Shown: piece after piece, positions 36,201 to 36,848 of the stretch
Numbering within the stretch: the stretch's first letter is position 1
Layout: each line of letters opens with the position of its first letter
Source: Octopus bimaculoides
Lineage: Eukaryota
Direction of reading: 5' to 3'
Assembly (NCBI RefSeq): GCF_001194135.2
Contig: NC_069005.1
Location: 6,464,776-6,501,623, forward strand
DNA length: 36,848 nt
Program-made: the position numbers and the translations under genes
Notes under the pieces: model-generated
Told to the model about the DNA's origin: nothing
What the model saw: only the letters and a program-made list of their open reading frames with translations
Database searches by the model: none

Positions 36201-36848
36201 CATTCCCCTTGAAAATACTTACTGACCTATGTCCAGTTAATTATTCCATGTCTTGTCTGGAGAAAGTTTAGTGAGAAGGCTTGCTACACTATGATTTGGT
36301 CAGAGGCCAAATTTTTATCTGAAAATGGGTTGATTTTTCAACAGGTAGCTTTGCAGTTTATGGACTACTGGTTCCAGTAATGATATAGTTTGGTATTTCA
36401 ATAGATCACTTCTGGATTCCCACTTACTTTGTGCTATCACAGAGGTAGTGTTTTTTTTTTTTTTACTGGTTTTGGAAATAAGCCATGAATTATACAAAAG
36501 TGAAATCGGTACCAGGCCAGTTCCACCAGTATTTTTGGCTGGTATTGGATCGGCACCAGTGGTTTTGCGGGTTTCGGTTACTCTATTACCTCCCTAAATG
36601 TGTTGCTTTGTTTAAAAAATATTTTGTACTTGAGACGACTCTTTTTGTCAAATTTTGTGAACCGTGCCTTCATTGATTACAAATTTCCAATCAGCCAGTT
36701 TATGGTTCAATGCAATCTCATGACAAGGGAGTGTCTGTAACTTACTGCAGAGTAAATATCACAATAAACTTCATTTAAAAAGCACCAGTGTTTTGGTTTC
36801 CTTAGCAATGTTTATCTCTTCTGCCAATCAGGGAAATACCCCCCCCCC

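Overview
AT-rich, repeat-dense animal genomic DNA with about 5 kb of N gaps. The repeat content suggests Octopus (inference, not verified by search). The only recognisable host coding sequence is an 85-bp + strand exon at 1545-1629 encoding (Y)[27 protein letters not shown](K), which matches PTEN exon 2. It is absent from the ORF track and is preceded by a U12-type branch site (TTCCTTAAC). No downstream PTEN exon was found, so the rest of the window is probably intron (or exons are hidden in gaps). It contains several tRNA-derived SINE families, RTE-clade LINE 3' fragments, decayed mariner transposases, piggyBac-like and hAT-like MITEs, minisatellites and microsatellites. The most unusual element occurs twice (1976-2570, 5096-5505): a fold-back (palindromic) element whose unit has a tRNA-like Pol III head and a Penelope-type minimal hammerhead ribozyme. 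Coordinates of decayed repeats are approximate (about +/-10-20 bp). Family names come from motif recognition only.
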